From: Candidatus Nanosyncoccus sp.
GTDB taxonomy: Bacteria; Patescibacteriota; Saccharimonadia; Saccharimonadales; Saccharimonadaceae
Assembly: GCA_045578285.1 (NCBI GenBank)
Contig: JAZNJY010000004.1
Location: forward strand, 9,500-73,499
DNA: 64,000 bases
Reading direction: 5' to 3'
The notes beneath the pieces were generated by a model, which worked only from the letters and a program-made list of their open reading frames with translations, searched no databases and had not been told where the DNA came from. Every line of letters begins with the position of its first letter. Within the stretch, counting starts at the first letter, position 1. Made by a program: the position numbers and the translations under genes. This document shows, piece by piece, positions 54,256 to 64,000 of the stretch.

Positions 54256-55205
54256 ACGAAGAGCACAAAAATAAAAATAAGATGACTGTGCTTTTGTCGC
54301 TTAATGCGGCAGCGATTTTGATTACCGGAGTTTTGATTGCGGGTGCGATTTGGGGTGATAAATTAGAGTTTAGGGCGGTAGGCGAGCGTTCGGATATCGT
54401 GGAAGATTCGGTGGGCGAAATGGAGCTTCTGGAGTCTGTTTCGGATTTTGATACCGAGCCGGTAGAATATATCCTTGGCAGCGACGATTATGTTTCGACC
54501 ACCAGCCACGAATATGATAATTCTTCGGTGCCGAGTGGAGAGCTTTGGAACGAAAAAGCGATCACAATTTATGCTACACCGGATGTGGATATCTGCGTAG
54601 GCGGGGGATTAAGCGATCTTGGCTCAATGTACTGGCAGACATCGAACCCCAGCGTAATTTCTGGTTTTTATGATACGGCAAGGACTTGGCTGGGCTATAG
54701 CAGTGAGAGCTGTCGTTACCCTGTTATTAGTGGAGCCGGGACCACAATAATTACCGCTGGTACATACGATGGGCGGCGGAAAGATTCTTTGACCGTTACC
54801 GTGGTCGCACCACCAGAAGAACAATGGGAACATGAAGTCTTGACGCTAGTCAACAAAGTTCGCACCAAGAATAATTTAGGGCAGCTATCGTGGGGATATA
54901 CTTGTGAAGAGGCGGCCGAAACGCGCGCCGAAGAAACAAAGACATTATATAGCCATACTCGTCCAGATGGTTCGAGCTGGGCTACAGTTTGTCCGGTGCC
55001 GGCCAGTGGTGGCAAGAGTGGCGAAAACTTAGCCATTGGTAATGCTGCCGTATCTCCGGCTACGGTGGTAGCTTTGTGGCTTAGCTCGGAGTCACACCGC
55101 GAAAATATCTTGAACCCAGAATATACTAAGCTTGCGGTAGGTTTTAAGTTTGATCAAAACACCATCTATAAAACCTACTGGTCGCAATTCTTTAGTACGT
55201 ATTAG
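54252..55205 (+). CDS. Membrane-anchored CAP/SCP (PR-1-like, YkwD-type) domain protein with Ig-like (Big_2-like) middle domain
   Basis: ...VN..R....L..L.W........RA.E......H.RP.G.......GEN.A.G......V..W..S..HR.NIL...Y... Confidence 0.75.
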   Translation: MNEEHKNKNKMTVLLSLNAAAILITGVLIAGAIWGDKLEFRAVGERSDIVEDSVGEMELLESVSDFDTEPVEYILGSDDYVSTTSHEYDNSSVPSGELWNEKAITIYATPDVDICVGGGLSDLGSMYWQTSNPSVISGFYDTARTWLGYSSESCRYPVISGAGTTIITAGTYDGRRKDSLTVTVVAPPEEQWEHEVLTLVNKVRTKNNLGQLSWGYTCEEAAETRAEETKTLYSHTRPDGSSWATVCPVPASGGKSGENLAIGNAAVSPATVVALWLSSESHRENILNPEYTKLAVGFKFDQNTIYKTYWSQFFSTY

Positions 55206-55210
55206 ATTAT

Positions 55211-56665
55211 TTACCTACGATTTCCGCCACCGCCCGGCATCATACCGCCGCCATTCATGTTGTTTGCGCTTGCACCAACCGTTGTCGTGATGGAAGAAAT
55301 CGTGAAAGTGGTATAACTGTTACCATTAACGTAGATTGTGTAGGTCTCGCCTTGTTTGAAAGCGGACGTTCCGACCGACATATGGTTGAACGCTTTTGCA
55401 GATGTGTGACTAATTATGGATTCGCCTGCACTGTTTTTAATCTCGACCTTGGTTCCAGCACTGTAATAAGAAGAAAAATAGATGCTGGCGTTATAGACGC
55501 TCGAACTTGAGCCGAGCGTTTCGGCCATGCCAGATGCGCCAACCGCAATAACGGTGCCGCCGTTCATGACGATGCCGGCGCCGGCATCAAGTGCGCCGTT
55601 GCCATTATTGGTCGGGCCATCAACCGTAACCGTGCCGCCATTAAAATATAAGTAGCCATTTGAATCTACGCCGTCTCCAGAAGCGTTAACGTAAATCGTG
55701 CCGCCATTAATAATAAGCATGCAGCTAGTATTAACGTCGAATGCTCCGGCGCCTTGACTATTCGTAGTAGTTGACGCGTCGGCTCCGCCGCCAGCATTCA
55801 GACCATCGTCGGATGAAATGATCGAAATCGCCCCGTCATTTATTGTGATGGCTTGGGCTTCAAGACCTTCGTAACTCTTTTTAATGTCGATCGTTCCGCC
55901 ATCAATGATGAGTTTTTTACTGGCATGGATACCATCATCGCCAGAACTAATTGTGATATAGCCGTCTTTAATCAAGACGAAACCTTTACCTACGGTGGTT
56001 TCGTTGGTTGACTTGATGGCGTCGCCTTTTGCGTTAACGGTAAAATCTCCGTTTACGATGTAAACGCTGTCCTTGCCGCGAATGCCATCATCGGCCGCAG
56101 TGACATTATAAGTGCCGGAGATGAACTTGAGATCATCTTTACTTACGATGCCATCTTGATAATTAGCAGTAAGATTCAGAGTGCCTTCGCCTTGAAAAGT
56201 TAAATCGGCTTTTGAATAAATTGTGCCGTTGACATCCTCATCATAGCTCGCATCGTAACTATTGCCGTCAGACAAATTATTCTCTCCGACCAACTCAATT
56301 ACGAGATCGTCCGCAGCATAACAAGCGATTGCTGGGCCAGTAGAATTTGAAATTGTGACATTATCCAGGATTAGTTTGACTTTGCCGTCAGATACATTTA
56401 CGATGATGTTTTTATCGGTCAACGAGCCAGTGATGTGATAGACTCCGGATTTTGTAATGGTCAGGGCGTCCGACAATTTCACATCGTAAGTATTGTAGCT
56501 GTTCCAGTTGATCTTAAGGTCGCCATCATCGATCAATATCGTACTGGCATCTCCGGTATTCGTGCTAGGGTGCGTTTCATTGAGGAATACCACCGCCGCA
56601 AACAATGCTACGAGAGCGAGTCCAGACAATATGAACCAAATAGTATTTTTCTTTTCGCGTCCCAT
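55211..56665 (-). CDS. Anchored beta-helix-like repeat protein ('carbohydrate-binding domain-containing', DUF4353-like)
   Basis: Repeated DGI.S...L.I.GG...V.A.GD blocks; N-terminal TM; Gly-rich tail. Confidence 0.55.
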   Translation of the reverse strand: MGREKKNTIWFILSGLALVALFAAVVFLNETHPSTNTGDASTILIDDGDLKINWNSYNTYDVKLSDALTITKSGVYHITGSLTDKNIIVNVSDGKVKLILDNVTISNSTGPAIACYAADDLVIELVGENNLSDGNSYDASYDEDVNGTIYSKADLTFQGEGTLNLTANYQDGIVSKDDLKFISGTYNVTAADDGIRGKDSVYIVNGDFTVNAKGDAIKSTNETTVGKGFVLIKDGYITISSGDDGIHASKKLIIDGGTIDIKKSYEGLEAQAITINDGAISIISSDDGLNAGGGADASTTTNSQGAGAFDVNTSCMLIINGGTIYVNASGDGVDSNGYLYFNGGTVTVDGPTNNGNGALDAGAGIVMNGGTVIAVGASGMAETLGSSSSVYNASIYFSSYYSAGTKVEIKNSAGESIISHTSAKAFNHMSVGTSAFKQGETYTIYVNGNSYTTFTISSITTTVGASANNMNGGGMMPGGGGNRR

Positions 56666-57336
56666 TAAATCTCCTCTTCACAGCAAGGCTCAGAGAGAAG
56701 AACTTTAAGATTCATATTTTTGACACGAATTTCATCGAGAAAATCTTTCTCCTTGACGCCATGCTTAATTTTAACGTCATAGGTAAGTTTGTATAAACTG
56801 CCCATGTTGATAGTTTTCATACGAACTAGGTGCGCACGAGAAGTGTATTTTTTGAAGGTATCAGCAAAAACTTCTTCGTAATCCAAATCTTCTGGAATTA
56901 CAATTTTGAGTACGCGTTCGCGGCGATTTGGCTCCAGAATTGGAGTGAATGTAAATAGGACTACTGCTATTATATATATGATCATAATTACAGTACCAAA
57001 GAGTATGTGTCCCATGCCACAAGCAAGGCCAATCATCATGGCGGCAAACACGGCGAGTAGGTCTTTGCCGCGTCCACCGATTGAGCGGAAGCGAATTAAA
57101 GAAAACGCACCGAGAATCGCGATTGATGTACCCAGGTTGCCATTAATCATGATCATTACAGCCATGACAAGCACTGGCAAAACAGCTAGAGTAACCATGA
57201 ACCCTTTCGTAGTCTGCGTGGTTCTAGCGTGTGTAACGGCAAGAGCCACACCGAGGTCCAGAGCGACGTCAGCCGCGATGAGGGCAGAGCCGACATCTAG
57301 ACCTGCCGCCGTTGAATCAAATATTGTATTAAACAT
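56665..57336 (-). CDS. DUF4956-family membrane protein
   Basis: Four TM segments followed by a soluble tail; typical partner of bacterial VTC-domain genes. Confidence 0.55.
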   Translation of the reverse strand: MFNTIFDSTAAGLDVGSALIAADVALDLGVALAVTHARTTQTTKGFMVTLAVLPVLVMAVMIMINGNLGTSIAILGAFSLIRFRSIGGRGKDLLAVFAAMMIGLACGMGHILFGTVIMIIYIIAVVLFTFTPILEPNRRERVLKIVIPEDLDYEEVFADTFKKYTSRAHLVRMKTINMGSLYKLTYDVKIKHGVKEKDFLDEIRVKNMNLKVLLSEPCCEEEI

Positions 57337-58096
57337 TTTTCTCCTTTCTTAATGTTTCGTATATTTTGCCAATTTTACTAAATTGCTGCGGATAAATATG
57401 GGCGGCAGACAAAGTCTTTACGAGCCATAGCGGCATTGCGCCATTTACCTTGATTTCCATTATAATGTTTTTATCGTTTTTAAAAAAGGTCTTATCGTTA
57501 GCTTTTTTAGAAAATTTTAAGTTTTTGTCACGATATTTTAAGTTGGTGTCAAAGGTAATTCTAAGACCATCATCACCCATGTAACTTTCGCGATTATAAT
57601 AAACCAGAATTTTTGGCTTTAAATTAAAATGTTTGATGATGTAGTCAACCTCGCGCGCGATTTGAATATCTGCCTTGGTCTCGATGTCGCGACCAGCAAG
57701 TTCTTCCATGGTGGCTTTGCCTTTGGCAAGCTCATTAAAATCTTTGTGGGTAATTAAAACCCTCCTTTTGAAGCCGAGGTTATTGTCTTTTATGATGCCG
57801 TCTTCGTTTAAAATTTCATCGCGGTAAGCGATGCCGCGAATTTTGGTTTTAATTTCAAGAAAAACTTTGTCATAGCCACCATAGCTGCGAGCGCGAAGCT
57901 TTTCTTTGAAAATCGGGTGGTCAATTGACTGGACAATTAAATCATAGTTGTCCGTGTCAAAATACACATTATAGATTTCGGAATGAAAATGTGAATCTTT
58001 TTCCATGATTCGTTTGACTTTTTTAATCATGGCGCGATATTGCTCGTCATCAATAATGTATTTTTTCTCGACTCGATTGAATTTTTTCTCGTCCAT
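57329..58096 (-). CDS. VTC-domain (polyphosphate-polymerase-like, CYTH-like tunnel) protein
   Basis: RVEKKYII...YFDT.NYDL...LRARSY...LEIKTK... pattern. Confidence 0.65.
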   Translation of the reverse strand: MDEKKFNRVEKKYIIDDEQYRAMIKKVKRIMEKDSHFHSEIYNVYFDTDNYDLIVQSIDHPIFKEKLRARSYGGYDKVFLEIKTKIRGIAYRDEILNEDGIIKDNNLGFKRRVLITHKDFNELAKGKATMEELAGRDIETKADIQIAREVDYIIKHFNLKPKILVYYNRESYMGDDGLRITFDTNLKYRDKNLKFSKKANDKTFFKNDKNIIMEIKVNGAMPLWLVKTLSAAHIYPQQFSKIGKIYETLRKEKNV

Positions 58097-58201
58097 AGCA
58101 TAATTATAGTATATTTTTCTTAGGCGAACCTTAAAAACGGCAAATTAGTGTTAGTTGAGGATTTTAAGGTTCTTTTAAAAACGCTGTGTTATTATTAGGG
58201 T

Positions 58202-58864
58202 ATGAGAATATTATATGTAGAAGACGAAAAATTCTTAGCTGAAGCTGTGACACATATTTTGAGCAAGAATAAAATCAAAGTAGATCACGCTGCAGACGGC
58301 GAAGAAGGCCTCGAGTTAGCCTTGAAGCCGAACTACGATTGTATCGTGCTCGATATTATGCTACCTAAGCTTTCTGGAATTGAAATACTAAAAACTATAC
58401 GCGCTCGTGGAATCAAGACTCCTGTAATTATGCTTTCGGCGCTGAGCGAGGTCGAAGACAAGGTGAAGGGGCTTGAAAATGGTGCGGACGATTATTTGGC
58501 CAAGCCGTTTAAGACTGCCGAGCTAATCGCTAGAATCAATGCGGTGTGTCGCAGGCCGGCGCTTGAGATGCGGGAAGAAATTAAGTTTCACGATTTGAAA
58601 TATGATATCACGAACCGAACTTTGAACGGAGTAGCTCTCACGGATAAGGAGGCTGAGATTCTTATGATGCTCTTAAAGACTCCGGGAACCGCGATAACCA
58701 AACAACAAATTTTAGCACACGTTTGGGGCGCAGACGCTGAGCTTGAAGAGAATTATGTCGAAGTTTATATTTCGTATTTACGCAAAAAGATAAAAGAACT
58801 AAACTTAAAAGTTGCGATTAAAACCATTCGCAATTTAGGATACAAAATATGTTCTCAAGACTAA
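58202..58864 (+). CDS. OmpR-family response regulator
   Basis: Receiver domain (DD...D54-like LDIMLP...K) plus winged-helix ...VYISYLRKK...IRNLGYK. Confidence 0.9.
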   Translation: MRILYVEDEKFLAEAVTHILSKNKIKVDHAADGEEGLELALKPNYDCIVLDIMLPKLSGIEILKTIRARGIKTPVIMLSALSEVEDKVKGLENGADDYLAKPFKTAELIARINAVCRRPALEMREEIKFHDLKYDITNRTLNGVALTDKEAEILMMLLKTPGTAITKQQILAHVWGADAELEENYVEVYISYLRKKIKELNLKVAIKTIRNLGYKICSQD

Positions 58865-59775
58865 GAAATAAGCTGATTTTGATTAATCTTGGCATAACTA
58901 GTGCAGTGATTTTGGTGACCTTTACGATGATTTACCTGATTTCAACACGGTCTGCTGATAGTCGGCCACCAATGATTCATGTAGAAAACGTTTCCAACTT
59001 TGATTCCGAAATGGAGAGGATTGTAATAAGTTCAATTCGCGAGGAAAAGGAGACGGCTGCGCGTGAATTACTTACGACACTAGTTGTGTCTGGAATAACA
59101 ATAGAACTTGCAGTGATTCTGATCTCGTATTTTTTGGCAGAGCAGGCAATCAAGCCAGTGCGCAATGCGTATGAATCTCAAAAAATCTTCATTGCTAATG
59201 CTTCGCACGAAATAAAAACTCCACTTGCGGCGATTTCGGCTAATCTTGAAGCAGCCGACATTAAGGGTAATAAATGGATTTCAAACGTCGAAAAAGAAAC
59301 CACGAAACTCACGAATTTAAATTCCGAGCTTCTGACGCTCGCGCGTACTGACTTAGTGACAAAGCGCGAAGCCACGCTAGAAGACGTAAGCAAAATCGTA
59401 GAAGACACAATTAAGAGTTTTAATCCCAGAATGCAAAATCTTAATTTTTCTGAAAAAATCACAAAAAACGGAAAAGCCAAAATTAACAGAGAAGATTTCG
59501 CGCAGATTTTGTCTATACTTTTCGACAACGCAATTAAATACGCCGACAAAAAAGTTCAAGTTTGTCTTGAAGATAATAGGTTCACGATTAAAAACGATGG
59601 TGCAAAAATTTCGGAACAAGATTTACCGCATATTTTTGAACGTTTCTATCAGACAGACAAAACAGCCGAGGGTGTAGGGCTGGGTCTTTCGATTGCAAAA
59701 TCGCTAGCCGATCGAAATGGTTGGAAATTGACTGCGAAATCCGACAAAATGACTGAATTTGTCTTGGCTTTTTAA
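58849..59775 (+). CDS. Sensor histidine kinase (HisKA + HATPase_c)
   Basis: Two TM segments, H-box ASHEIKTPL, N-box FDNAIKY, G-box GVGLGLSIA. Confidence 0.9.
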   Translation: MFSRLRNKLILINLGITSAVILVTFTMIYLISTRSADSRPPMIHVENVSNFDSEMERIVISSIREEKETAARELLTTLVVSGITIELAVILISYFLAEQAIKPVRNAYESQKIFIANASHEIKTPLAAISANLEAADIKGNKWISNVEKETTKLTNLNSELLTLARTDLVTKREATLEDVSKIVEDTIKSFNPRMQNLNFSEKITKNGKAKINREDFAQILSILFDNAIKYADKKVQVCLEDNRFTIKNDGAKISEQDLPHIFERFYQTDKTAEGVGLGLSIAKSLADRNGWKLTAKSDKMTEFVLAF

Positions 59776-59801
59776 TTAAGCACATGTTACAATAGTTGTA
59801 T

Positions 59802-62800
59802 ATGCTTGAACTTAGAGGTGTGACTAAAGTCTATGAGACTGGTGGGCTAACGAAAAAGGCGCTCGACCATGTGACGCTTAATTTTCGCGTGTCTGAGTTT
59901 GTGGCAATTCTCGGGCCGTCTGGTTCTGGCAAGACAACTTTGTTAAATATCATTGGCGGACTAGATCATTATACATCTGGCGAGCTCAGAGTAAACGAAG
60001 TTTCTACGAAAAAATTTCGCGACAAGGATTGGGATGCTTATCGTAACCACAGGATTGGTTTTGTATTTCAGAGCTATAATCTGATTCCGCATCAGACCGT
60101 ACTCGCAAACGTAAGATTAGCATTGACACTTTCTGGAGTCTCAAAACGCGAAGCGGTGGCGCGCGCCAAAAAGGCGCTTCAAGACGTAGGTTTAGCCGAG
60201 CACATCAATAAGCGTCCAGCGCAACTTTCGGGCGGACAAATGCAAAGAGTAGCAATCGCACGGGCACTTGTCAATAATCCAGAGATTCTGCTTGCAGACG
60301 AGCCAACTGGCGCACTGGATTCTGAGACTTCTGTGGCAATCATGAATCTTTTGAAAGAAATCGCGAAAGATCGTCTAGTGATTATGGTAACGCATAATCC
60401 AGAGCTAGCAAAAGAATACGCCACGCGTATCATCAAACTGAAAGATGGACGGATTGTGTCCGACTCAAATTATTATGATGGACGTAAAAAGACAAAGCTA
60501 GACGAAAATGAGACAAAAATGCGACGCGGCAAAACGAAAATGTCGTTTCTTACGGCGTTTTCATTGTCGCTTAAGAATTTGCTAACAAAAAAGGCGCGGA
60601 CCTTGCTCGTTGCGTTTGCTGGCTCAATTGGGATTATTGGCATTGCACTGATTTTGGCGGTTTCAACCGGTTTTCAAGCCTATATAGATACGATTGAGAG
60701 AGACACTTTGACATCATATCCACTAGCTTTGATGCGAGATTCAACCAACATTACTGGAATTCTATTGAATTTGACCGGTGAAGCAGAGAATAAACGTGAT
60801 GGGGAATTAGTGGAAAATCAGGTTCTGACATCCTCACTTGGTAGCGTTACGCATAACGACTTAGGTAGTTTCATGAAGTATTTTGACGGTCACAAGGACG
60901 AGCTACAAGACGACGTACGACTCGTGGAATACGAATATAATATTGATCCGCTAATTTATACGGTGGATGCAACTGGCGAATTAGCAAAGTTGAATCCAAG
61001 TAGTCTATTTACGACCCTGCTTGGCAGCAACTCACTCCTAAATTCTTACTCAAGTATGACGTCGGTATTTAGGCAATATGACTCGGTGAATTTGCAAAAT
61101 GACACCAAACTACTAGCAGGACGTTACCCAGAAAAATATAACGAAATGGTCGTATATCTGTCTAATTCAGGAGAGATTTCAGAACTTTTGACTTACTCGC
61201 TCGGTTTTCATGACACGGACGAATTAAATGAAATCATCACGAAAATCATGGGCGGGGAAAAGGTCGACATTAAAAACGATCCTTTAACTCTGACCTATGA
61301 TGATTTATTGAACGTCGACCTAAGATTGTTGTCTGCGGCTGACACATATAAGTACAATGCGAAATACGAAGTCTACGAAGATATGTCCGGCGACATGGAA
61401 TTCATGGAAAACTTATACAAAAATAAGTCCGAACAACTAAAAATCGTTGGTGTCGTGACAATGGAAGACAGTTTGCTAAATGCTGGTAGCGGAGTTTTGT
61501 ACCTACCAGACCTGACCAAGCATATTATTGAAAAATCCAGTCAGACCGAAATCGTCAAAAAGCAAATGAGCGAGCCGACAATTGACATTTTCTCAAATAC
61601 CAAATTTGGTGAGAAGCAAAACAAGTTTAATTTTGAATTTTCTGATTTGGTGCGCGTGGACGAAGCGAAAATTGCAAATGCTATCAAAGTCGATATCGAC
61701 AAAAATGCTATGGCGGCCAAGACGCAAGAATACATGCGCGAGATTGGCGACAATATAAAAGCCGATCCAACACCTATCGAAACTGCACTTAACGAGAAAC
61801 TGACCGATTTATATGCTGGTTTACAAGAGTTTTTAGCTAGTAAGGCGACTGAACCGGATTTTGATTATACAAAAATACAAGAATATATTAGTGAGTTTGT
61901 GGACGGGCAAGATTTTACTGAGTTTACGAATAAATATTTACTCCCGGTCGAGAATTTTAAAGCTGTCTACACGGGACTACTGGGATTAAAGTTATCTAGC
62001 GTGGCAGACTCAAAGGCGGAAGCAGCGATTGAGGCCACGATTAAGACACTGTCAACAACAATTCTGGAACTTACCATGAAAAAGGAAGTCCTGACAAAGG
62101 TTGGTGACTTGGCATCATATCTCACGTCCTCGTTTGCGAATGCGTTTAAGGTTGATACCAATGCCTTGGTTGGGGCCTTTGAGCTAAATTTCAGCGAAGA
62201 TGAGCTTGCGCGAATAGTCACGGCGATGTTCGACGAAAAAGAAGCGACCTATAATACAAACTTGGCCTTGCTTGGTTATCAGGACCTAGAAGACCCAATG
62301 GAAGTTGCATTTTACTTTAGCTCGTTTGATGGCAAAACTAGATTTATGGAGTTTTTAGATAATTACAACGACCTGATGACTTCATACAATCAAGAAAGCA
62401 AAGTGATAGAATATAGCGATACAACTGGTGTTCTAATGTCATCGGTAAAAACGATAGTGGACGCGGTTTCATACGTCTTAATCGCCTTTGTGTCTATTTC
62501 ACTAGTCGTGTCATCAATTATGATTGGCGTCATCACCTATATTTCGGTCTACGAACGAACAAAAGAGATTGGAATTTTACGTGCGATTGGTGCGTCAAAG
62601 CGTAATATTTCATCAATATTCAACGCCGAGACCTTTATCGTCGGGCTTTTGTCTGGAATGTTTGGAGTGGGGATTTCTTATCTCATTATACCGATTATCA
62701 ATATAGTTTTACATCATTTTACGGGCGACATACCACTCAGTGCGCAATTAGTGCCGGTATCTGCCGTGATATTGGTGGTTATTTCGGTGGTTTTGACCTT

Positions 62801-62870
62801 AATCGGCGGGTTGATTCCTGCACGAGCTGCGTCAAAGAAAGACCCAGTCGAAGCGTTGCGTTCTGAATAG
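59802..62870 (+). CDS. Fused ABC ATPase + FtsX/MacB-type permease with large extracytoplasmic domain
   Basis: GPSGSGKTT, LSGGQMQR, LLADEPT; C-terminal FtsX 4-TM module ...KEIGILRAIGASK... Confidence 0.9.
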   Translation: MLELRGVTKVYETGGLTKKALDHVTLNFRVSEFVAILGPSGSGKTTLLNIIGGLDHYTSGELRVNEVSTKKFRDKDWDAYRNHRIGFVFQSYNLIPHQTVLANVRLALTLSGVSKREAVARAKKALQDVGLAEHINKRPAQLSGGQMQRVAIARALVNNPEILLADEPTGALDSETSVAIMNLLKEIAKDRLVIMVTHNPELAKEYATRIIKLKDGRIVSDSNYYDGRKKTKLDENETKMRRGKTKMSFLTAFSLSLKNLLTKKARTLLVAFAGSIGIIGIALILAVSTGFQAYIDTIERDTLTSYPLALMRDSTNITGILLNLTGEAENKRDGELVENQVLTSSLGSVTHNDLGSFMKYFDGHKDELQDDVRLVEYEYNIDPLIYTVDATGELAKLNPSSLFTTLLGSNSLLNSYSSMTSVFRQYDSVNLQNDTKLLAGRYPEKYNEMVVYLSNSGEISELLTYSLGFHDTDELNEIITKIMGGEKVDIKNDPLTLTYDDLLNVDLRLLSAADTYKYNAKYEVYEDMSGDMEFMENLYKNKSEQLKIVGVVTMEDSLLNAGSGVLYLPDLTKHIIEKSSQTEIVKKQMSEPTIDIFSNTKFGEKQNKFNFEFSDLVRVDEAKIANAIKVDIDKNAMAAKTQEYMREIGDNIKADPTPIETALNEKLTDLYAGLQEFLASKATEPDFDYTKIQEYISEFVDGQDFTEFTNKYLLPVENFKAVYTGLLGLKLSSVADSKAEAAIEATIKTLSTTILELTMKKEVLTKVGDLASYLTSSFANAFKVDTNALVGAFELNFSEDELARIVTAMFDEKEATYNTNLALLGYQDLEDPMEVAFYFSSFDGKTRFMEFLDNYNDLMTSYNQESKVIEYSDTTGVLMSSVKTIVDAVSYVLIAFVSISLVVSSIMIGVITYISVYERTKEIGILRAIGASKRNISSIFNAETFIVGLLSGMFGVGISYLIIPIINIVLHHFTGDIPLSAQLVPVSAVILVVISVVLTLIGGLIPARAASKKDPVEALRSE

Positions 62871-62907
62871 ACTTGTGGTATAATAGATAATGTACCGAAA
62901 GAATCGT

Positions 62908-62982
62908 TGGGGATTCGCCAAGTGGTAAGGCAGTGGGTTCTGGTCCCACCATTCGGGGGTTCGAATCCCTCATCCCCAGCCA
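62908..62982 (+). tRNA. tRNA-Gln (anticodon CTG)
   Basis: U1:A72, G73, anticodon loop TTCTGGT, CCA encoded; TGgTATAAT upstream. Confidence 0.9.
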
Positions 62983-63001
62983 ATTTGATTTTAGAATAAA
63001 C

Positions 63002-63028
63002 GAGGAGCATTACGCTCCTCATTTTTTT
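63002..63028. terminator. Bidirectional terminator
   Basis: GAGGAGC-attac-GCTCCTC followed by ATTTTTTT. Confidence 0.75.
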
Positions 63029-63035
63029 AATGTTG

Positions 63036-63998
63036 TTACTTAACTATGCTCGTATCTGGGGCTTTTGGAATTTCTACTTCCGGGATAAGACTCTTTAGTA
63101 TCGGCATAATACTTTCTGGTATGTGGCCGATAACCAATTTTTCTGCGTTTGCGCCCAAGGTATATGTGTAATATAGAGAATATTCTTCGCCGTAGGTCTC
63201 CTGTGTATATGCAGCATCGGCGACAATTATAGGAATTAACGCCTTAACGAGTTTCGGCAGGTTTTCTTTAATACCAGCAAACTCATCTCTAGTAATAGTT
63301 GGTACTTGGCCAAGCTTTGTTTCGTAATCATCGTATTCTCCCATATAATCGGATATAGAGGCAATGAGCTGGTCGGTTTCTGTACTAGTAGCCGTGCCTT
63401 TTAATACGTCCACTAGTAGGTTGTAAGTAGGGAACATTGATAGGTCGCCACCGTGGTTGAAGAGCAGGTCATAGAGGGCATTTCCGGCGACCATGCCAGC
63501 GAGGCCAGCACTAGTATCTTTGAAAAAGTCTATAAATTCACCTTGCTTGTCTAGTTTTCTCATTTGGTATAGTTTCATCACCGCAGAAAGTGGCTCTTTC
63601 ACTTCAGTGTCGAAGTATTCGCGAGTGAGTCCATTATCAGTTACGAATCTCATCCAAGAATCCATAAATTCGCGGCCACTCATGGTACCAACCTGCTCGG
63701 TGAGACCGTCGTTATTTGATAGAATATTGGCGGCAGTAGCAGGATTTGCAAGTTCCGAGATATTCACTACGCTGGTTGATATTTCGAGATCAGCAGGATG
63801 AATTTCTTCGTAGGTTCCAGTATTATAGAACCCCCAAAGTTCCGGGAAAACATAGCCAAGAATTAGATCGTTACCATCTTTGACGTCGTGAATGTTGGTA
63901 TAACCTGTCTTAGTAATACTAGCACGAGGAGCTCCGAAGGTGTAAACATAGAAATCATTTGCAGACATATCGTAATCTGACAAGTTTTCATTAATCAT
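63036..63998 (-). CDS. Class-3-lipase-like (alpha/beta hydrolase) protein, C-terminal part; 5' end probably beyond the window
   Basis: YTFGAPRAS and NIHDVKDGNDLI resemble the tFG.PRvG and rvv...D.VP blocks downstream of the lipase_3 nucleophile; the ORF is open to the window edge. Confidence 0.5.
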   Translation of the reverse strand: MINENLSDYDMSANDFYVYTFGAPRASITKTGYTNIHDVKDGNDLILGYVFPELWGFYNTGTYEEIHPADLEISTSVVNISELANPATAANILSNNDGLTEQVGTMSGREFMDSWMRFVTDNGLTREYFDTEVKEPLSAVMKLYQMRKLDKQGEFIDFFKDTSAGLAGMVAGNALYDLLFNHGGDLSMFPTYNLLVDVLKGTATSTETDQLIASISDYMGEYDDYETKLGQVPTITRDEFAGIKENLPKLVKALIPIIVADAAYTQETYGEEYSLYYTYTLGANAEKLVIGHIPESIMPILKSLIPEVEIPKAPDTSIVK

Positions 63999-64000
63999 TT

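Overview
This is a 64 kb chromosomal window at roughly 43-48% GC from a small, gene-dense, Gram-positive-type genome. Evidence for that type includes sortases, an LPXTG-like substrate, GH25/GH73 muramidases, many TGnTATAAT promoters and shortened housekeeping proteins. My tentative guess is a Patescibacteria/Saccharibacteria-like organism.

The housekeeping backbone includes:
- rplQ-rplM-rpsI, thyA-folA-glyA, trpS, rluD-like, holB-like and prfA-prmC
- lepB, htrA, rmuC, nrdDG, rpmG and a UvrD-like helicase-nuclease
- glycogen genes (GH57, glycogen synthase, GH97)
- nine tRNAs, all with encoded CCA

Two tRNA-flanked accessory segments stand out.

1. Segment 1.4-8.5 kb lies between rpsI and tRNA-Ala(CGC).
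- It carries an HD hydrolase and a large nucleotidyltransferase.
- It also carries a compositionally foreign four-gene minus-strand operon: an unknown, possibly kinase-like protein; a vWA/MIDAS protein; a strongly divergent adenylosuccinate-synthetase-fold enzyme that has lost the aspartate-binding and guanine-specificity motifs; and an unknown protein at about 60% GC.
- This operon is my best candidate for an undescribed nucleotide-based system, either defence/conflict or metabolite synthesis.

2. Segment 26.3-31.8 kb lies downstream of tRNA-Val.
- It is a mosaic of perfect 71-nt direct repeats and a second ~47-nt repeat family.
- It also holds a transporter with a (GA)10 tract, a gene broken twice at A-runs, an LPXTG-like surface protein and a lipase-gene remnant.

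Other notable items:
- tRNA 3'-end duplications next to tRNA-Tyr and tRNA-Thr
- a Cys-rich 1124-aa secreted-protein operon
- an nrdD ORF with no recognisable glycyl-radical motif
- a VTC/DUF4956/beta-helix operon beside a two-component system and a MacB-like ABC transporter
- widespread leaderless promoter geometry

I saw no rRNA, CRISPR array, integrase or transposase.
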